DNA of 57,294 nt, the filler included, from Platydemus manokwari (lineage: Eukaryota), in assembly GCA_037951405.1 (NCBI GenBank). It is 5 parts of 5 records of this genome, joined end to end, with 100 filler letters (N's around TTAATTAATTAA, not from the genome) between each part and the next. Parts side by side here need not be neighbours in the genome. Positions count along the whole stretch, not along the records: positions 47,885 to 57,294 come from JBBMOY011253540.1; 4 more parts are not named here. The stretch is one strand, 5' to 3'. The notes beneath the pieces are model-generated. The model was not told the DNA's origin and searched no databases. It was given only the letters and a program-made list of their open reading frames with translations. The position numbers and the translations under genes are program-made. This document shows, in pieces, positions 51,486-57,294 of this stretch (positions are counted from its first letter, which is position 1; each line of letters opens with the position of its first letter).

Positions 51486-54036
51486 TATAGTTTTTATTTT
51501 GTTTGTCGGTTTTAGGGGCGATTATTAACATTTTTACAGACGAAACAAAGACAGTAAATATCTTATTTCAATTTTATATTCATTTAATTTTGTCATAAAT
51601 TTACTTATAATATTTTCAATGATTTTAAAATTTCAAGTTTGGTTTAGAAATACTTATTTTAATCTTTCTTGCACATAATTTTGCAATCAAAATTCTCAAT
51701 ATTTAGTCTCAAATCCCTAATCCATTCCCATATTTTTTCTTAAATATGTCATGTAAAACGGGGTTTCTTCACTTTCCTTTTAAAATAAATATTAATAAGC
51801 ATAGTAATATTTTATTAAATTCCGATTAGATAATTCCACAAGTTCAATTGTCTGAGGATTGTGTAGATAAGTTTTAAAAAAATGATACTAGAGATAAAAG
51901 ATAAGAAACAAAAATAATCTGAGAATAAAATGAAATGAATTCCAAATCATTTCAAAACAGCGATTCTTGATTCTGAAAAATTCACAAAGCATATTTAAAA
52001 CAATGTACATTTTTTTCGTGAATTTATCATCATATTCATCGAATTTATCTTATTTTATTTTTGACTAATCCCTTCAACTATATATATATTTCTGTGTGAT
52101 TTACTGTTGCACATGTGTTTCGTACGTAATATTTCCAATTTATAATCTATTAGAAATTTCAATGAAATATCCTAAATTTTTGTGTTTTGATATAGATTTC
52201 ATTGTATTTTTTTTACTCCAGGTTTCTCAATAAATTATAAAATCATAGTTGTTAATTTTTATCAGAGTAATTAATGATAACCCGGATTTTAATCAATGTC
52301 TAGCTTTTCATAAGTATCATTTCGGCATTCAAAAATAAACTCCAGTTTCGTTTGACATAACACGCATTAATAATAATATATGTTAAATATAAAATCATTG
52401 GAAATATAACCAAAGATATTTCCTGTATTTGAAAGATTGTCATACAAAGAACAATTCTTAATCAATTTGCAATTCTGATAAGCAATATTCATGTGCAACA
52501 CAATTTCATCATCTTCATCCCAAGTGAAATGAGAACATTATAAAATATTCGGTTTCCGCGCTTGTTAATTTTATATTAAAAGTTTTGTCTTAAAAGTTTC
52601 TTCGTACATTTTTTAAAAATTTATTTTCTATATTTTTTTCAATGAAATCACAAATCTTAAATCTGTCTACAATTATTAAGTCGGCATCGTTATCGAATGT
52701 CATATTTTTATATTCAATGTTAACAAAGTAAATAACTCTTTTTGCTTGAGGGCTACTGAATAATTGAGAATATGCTGAGTAAAATCAAACTAAATCCAAT
52801 ATAAAATATACGAATAATTCACGTTATTTGCAAAAATTCCTTTATTCTCGAGATTGAGACCAGAACACATGTCTAATTTTTAAACATATTTTAAAATTAA
52901 AAAAAAATTTAAATTAGATTTGTCTACATATTTATCAAAATTTAAATAATCCCACATTTACTTTATTATATCTTTTCTATTTGACCAAATTTCTATTTTA
53001 TTTTTAATAATTCTTATGTTGAGATTTTAACTGTGATCTGTCTATCATTTTCTTGTTTTTGTTCGACATATTTTGTCTAAATTTGAAAATAAAAATTTGA
53101 ATTTGGTAAATATAAATATCAAACGACACTTTGATTAGATAATGATGTCTGGCACTTTTATTTACACTTACTATTCTATTTGGATGAATGTCTCGCGCTG
53201 ATGAGCATTCGGTGTCTTATTGAAATACTTTTGTGATACAAATGTTTCTAAAACAACAGTTTCTTAAATCTAAAGTTGTTATTGTATTTTGGGAATAAAA
53301 ACAATAAAAGCCATCAGTATAAATTTGATTAAATATATTGACCGAAATTTTTTGTTACTTTGTGACGTTGATTTATATAATACATTATCATTTAGTACTT
53401 TTATTTGGGCGACATGAAAATATGTAATAAATTTAGAAACGAATTTCATATAATAATTATTATAAAGCGATTATAGACATGGCTGAATCATTAGTAATAA
53501 GTACAATCAATGTTTGATATTACTTATTTTGTTCAACAGATTCTAACAAAGGTTTATCAACTTCAGCAATTCGTGCATTTTATAAATTTGTTGAATGATG
53601 TTTTCCTTAAGCAGCAGAATGTAAATTATACGTTAAACTAATATTAAAATTAATATTATTAATATAAATAAAATATTTTTAAATTAAAAACAAGGTAACA
53701 TATACACCTATTATAGAAAAGTCTAAGCCTAGAGTTTTAGATGTATTTCATTACAAATATAATTTCGGAAAATTTTGGAAATGAATTTAAAAGAATATAG
53801 ATTTTTATTTAAAATAAGTAATTCAAAAAGTTTAAATTTTAATCCTGTTTGAAAGAATAAATTTGGATTTATATATGTGAGATGATTTATATGAATTAAA
53901 TTTCAATTTAATTCCAAACAATATTAATTCACATTTTTTCAAATTCTATTCAGATTTAATTTAATTTTATAAAATATTAAATTAATGTAAAATTAGAATT
54001 ATTTGTTTAAATATTTGGATTTAAGATAGATTGATT

Positions 54037-54282
54037 GTGTCTTGACTTTTTGTTTGATTTTAATGTGTGATTTTTAAAATAGTAGCGGTTAAGATGGAAA
54101 TCACACATCTGGAATCGAGACTGAAAAGATCAACGACTGTAAATTATAAAGAATATATAAGGAAAAGATAAAGAAGTTGTAGAAGAGATGTAAAAGAAAA
54201 TATGAAAGAAGATATAATGGATATGAAAAAGAAGTATTTAAAAGATTTTAATGTGTGGTTTTAAAAATAGTAGCGGCTAACA
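54037..54282 (+). mobile_element. LTR end, TGG leader, purine-rich spacer, second LTR end (miniature or deleted LTR element)
   Basis: Two copies of ttttaatgtgtg...aaaatagtagcgg(t/c)taa(g/c)a end at 54094 and 54282. The intervening sequence starts TGG and resembles 4991-5170. Confidence 0.65.
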
Positions 54283-55062
54283 TTGTGCATTTGTGAATGT
54301 CGATAAAAATTCAGTATATATTAATTTCTAATATATTTGACATGAGGCACTGTTACTTTGGAAAGGCATTAGTTTGAAAAACCAAATATGGTATATTGAA
54401 ATAGATTGAGCAACTATGACCTATAAGAACTTTGATAAAATAATCAGGAAAAGCCTCATTAGATCTTTTCAATGGTTATAAGTTAAAAGTTTAATACAAA
54501 ATTCTTTAGAGGGGAAGACCTTCGAAACCAATATATCCACTGTGAATGAAAAATTGCTAGATAAATTTAAAGAAATAATTCTAAATTGAAAGAAAACATT
54601 AATTATAAAGAGTTAAGTAATGATCAACAAGAATCAATGAGAAAATAAGTAGACATACAATAGATAGGCAATGGTTCTCCAAATAGACCAATTCACACGT
54701 AAAATCAGGTTTAATAACCAATATGTGAAAACAAACTTATATAAACGCATACTACCTGAAAAAGTGAAAAGCATGATTACAGCATCTTTAAATAATCATA
54801 AATTAGTAAAAAATTCAGCATTCCAAGCTCTTTTCAGTAGAAAACCAAGAATATTTATTAATGAGGCTAATTCATTTAAAAGGAAAAGTACGGAAACCTT
54901 TTTTTGAGATGACATAACATAACACACACAAATTTGATTTTATAGAGAAATACTTAAAAGAACACATCAAGTACAACATCATCAATGACAGCAATAAGTA
55001 AATATGATAGTGTTACGACACAAAACACAATTCCAAACACAATCTCTTAATTGATTGATATG

Positions 55063-55857
55063 TTAAAAGTAAATTATTGTATTAGAATTATATCTGCCAT
55101 GGAATTCAAGGTATTTTGCGCTTTTTCCGTCATAATAAAATTTGACCTCTTTTCTATTTGGATTGAACGCATAAAGAATATGAGGAGTTGTATTTGTTTT
55201 CATATTGTTAGGACAATAATCAAATCTATCAAAAATTGCTAAAATCCCGGCATCCTTATTGCAATCACCATAATAATAACTGATAAAAAACCTTCTTTGA
55301 TATTGACTGTGACCTGCAATTGAAAAATAATTAAATTTCTTTCTCAATAACCAGTCAATATTCCATGGATAGGTTTTTCGAAGATTAGTTCTAGCAAACC
55401 AGGATTTCAAGTCATCATTTTCTTTAACTACAAAACTTAACCACCCAACTATTGCATTGCTGTTATCTCTAATCGTTACATTCATTTCCACTGGTCGTAT
55501 CATAACCCATTCATTGAGGAGAACACTTCTAAAATTCTCTGAATAATTTCTTGCTTTATCATTCGCCTTTAATTGAGCATGATTTAATTGAGTATAAAAC
55601 TCATACGATGAAACATTGCTCCCAGTGACAATTCGAAATAATAGCACTTCTTTCATTTGTTTTTGATAAATTTTATCATAGAATTTGTTTGACATTATTG
55701 AATGTCGATATTGAGGCTCATAACACGAGTTATTCACAATTGCAAAATAATCTCTGCCTTCATTAACAGATTGGAATGCACATCCCAAATAATTTGATAA
55801 ATCACCATTAGCTAAATTGCTATATTGTAAATATATAAAAATATAAAGGATAAACAT
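55063..55857 (-). CDS. Single-exon secreted protein, 264 aa, with a conserved uncharacterised invertebrate extracellular domain
   Basis: Uninterrupted 795-nt ORF in very AT-rich DNA; signal-like N-terminus; short Cys segment YLGC...YFAIVNNSCY. Motifs LLFRIVTG, NFRSVLLNEW, SWF, FNYFSIAGH..RRFFISYYYGDCNKDAG..C...PHILYA match a domain recalled from mollusc, cnidarian and amphioxus hypothetical proteins (RRFFIxxxYGGCxxDxGW). Confidence 0.85.
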   Translation of the reverse strand: MFILYIFIYLQYSNLANGDLSNYLGCAFQSVNEGRDYFAIVNNSCYEPQYRHSIMSNKFYDKIYQKQMKEVLLFRIVTGSNVSSYEFYTQLNHAQLKANDKARNYSENFRSVLLNEWVMIRPVEMNVTIRDNSNAIVGWLSFVVKENDDLKSWFARTNLRKTYPWNIDWLLRKKFNYFSIAGHSQYQRRFFISYYYGDCNKDAGILAIFDRFDYCPNNMKTNTTPHILYAFNPNRKEVKFYYDGKSAKYLEFHGRYNSNTIIYF

Positions 55858-56299
55858 TGCTATTGGAAAATGAATGACATGTAAGATAAGATATTTTTAT
55901 ATGGAATGTTTGGTAACCATTGACATCGTCATATGATTCTATATTTGGTCAATAAAAAATAATGTGATGTTTGTAATGGCTTTTGATGGAAAGCAACAAA
56001 TATAATTTTAAACTTATTATTATTAACATGTTTAATTTTAGAATATATTTGGTATGGTGATTGCATAAAATATCTTGATGAATTGATGAGTCAAATATTT
56101 AAGACGATTGAAAAGTGATTTAAATGTTTGAGAAAGATTTATCTTGCTATTAATGATTTTCCAAATTCTTCAAGTAAAAATCATTTATTATTTTTAGTTA
56201 GTCATTTTCAATATTATTATCAAATTATTTACTAAAAAAGAAATTCAAGGTCTTTGATTTTATCTTTGTTTCAAGTTTCAATATTCTTTCATTTAGTTG

Positions 56300-56770
56300 T
56301 AGAACCTTAATAATTTTTGAATTAAATTTATAAATCTAAATTTCAGTTAGAAATAATTTAGAATAATTTCTTGATGTTGCCATGAAAACAATGAAAAATT
56401 TTTGTATTGTAATTAAAGTAAAGCCTGTATGTTGGTATGTCGTTCTTGTTTATCTAAGGCAACATCAATTTCATTTGTTAACGATTCTTGATATAAAAAC
56501 GGTTATATAGGACAATTGTAACATATCTAGTCTATGGCTTTTTGTACTTTGTCTTCATTTTCATTCTCATCAACATTAAAGGGCAAACCTATATTTAAAA
56601 TAATTAATCAAATAATGTTCATCAGTTCTACGTAGACTTTCAAACAATGAATCCATTGTTGTTGATTTTATGTTTCGCTACAGCCATTGTATAGAATCGT
56701 CAGAAAATATATTTGCGGTTGAATTAGATATACACAAATAATAGAAAAACTTAGCAGGATCTAATGAGAA
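56300..56770 (-). pseudogene. Possible Helitron/Helentron Rep relic
   Basis: Broken translation LDPAKFFY...VYVEL...GLPFNVDENENEDKVQKAID/RYVT...KQERHT loosely follows the order of Rep motifs. The catalytic HUH motif is not visible. Confidence 0.25.
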
Positions 56771-57294
56771 CAGAATACATAATAAAAATTTTATTTTAGT
56801 GCTGAATTAAATTCAAATATGATTTATTTTTAATTTAACACATTTTTCTTTGAGACAGTTCTTTTATTGAATAGGATTATTTATATTTTATTGCTATTTA
56901 TTATTTAAGATATTTTTTCTTTAATATGATTATTTTAGACAGTCATTGAGTTGTTTTCTTATTTCAGTTTTATAGTTGAAATACTTATTCTGTATGATGA
57001 TTAAATACTGACTTAAAACAAGTAGATGAATTGTGTTGTTTAATCAATAATGGTTACCACACTAAATGGCTTTCGACAGAAAGTATTCAGAGGATTTTAA
57101 GAAATTGGTTAAAAAGACATTTGAGATAATTGCTTAAATTTAATTTAAAAACAAAAACATTTTTTAAAATATTTATTTAATGAAATTCAATCAAAATATT
57201 TTCCATTTGCAGATATCACATTGGCCCATCTTTTAGGCAACGATTGAATTCCACGAAAAAAAATTCTTGATCTTTTGAAGAAATCCATCTATCA

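Noticed and set aside
54300-54907. Non-LTR retrotransposon or host ORF
   Set aside because: No recognisable RT, endonuclease or other motif.

Overview
Very AT-rich animal genomic DNA. The ~40-60 nt introns, the TE repertoire and the gene families point to a lophotrochozoan, most plausibly a planarian-like flatworm (inference). The window is not one locus. Four identical 100-nt spacers (44 N + TTAATTAATTAA + 44 N) split it into five segments: 1-15143, 15244-25496, 25597-36561, 36662-47784 and 47885-57294. Host genes that can be spliced by eye: a complete MUS81 (minus strand, 18596-22439) head-to-head with a RING-Bbox-Bbox-coiled-coil TRIM gene that is cut by a gap; two tandem paralogous laminin-G/EGF-like genes, one ending in a TM helix and tail; and two intact orphan secreted-protein genes (31999-32909, 55063-55857). 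Most of the rest is decayed TE sequence: a DD34D mariner, the start of a pogo-like element, a foldback MITE, several Ty3/Gypsy relics (one CsRn1-like, one with a tRNA-Met PBS, one gag-only) and LTR fragments. The most interesting signal is absent from the ORF track: a fossil Polinton/Maverick (integrase, protein-primed DNA polymerase B and probable packaging ATPase motifs across ~26.8-35.1 kb) with an intact, intron-containing secreted PAN-domain gene between its pseudogenes. A decayed DEDDh exonuclease ORF beside a Gypsy pol is a second candidate for TE cargo. Exon structures and relic boundaries were read manually and are approximate.
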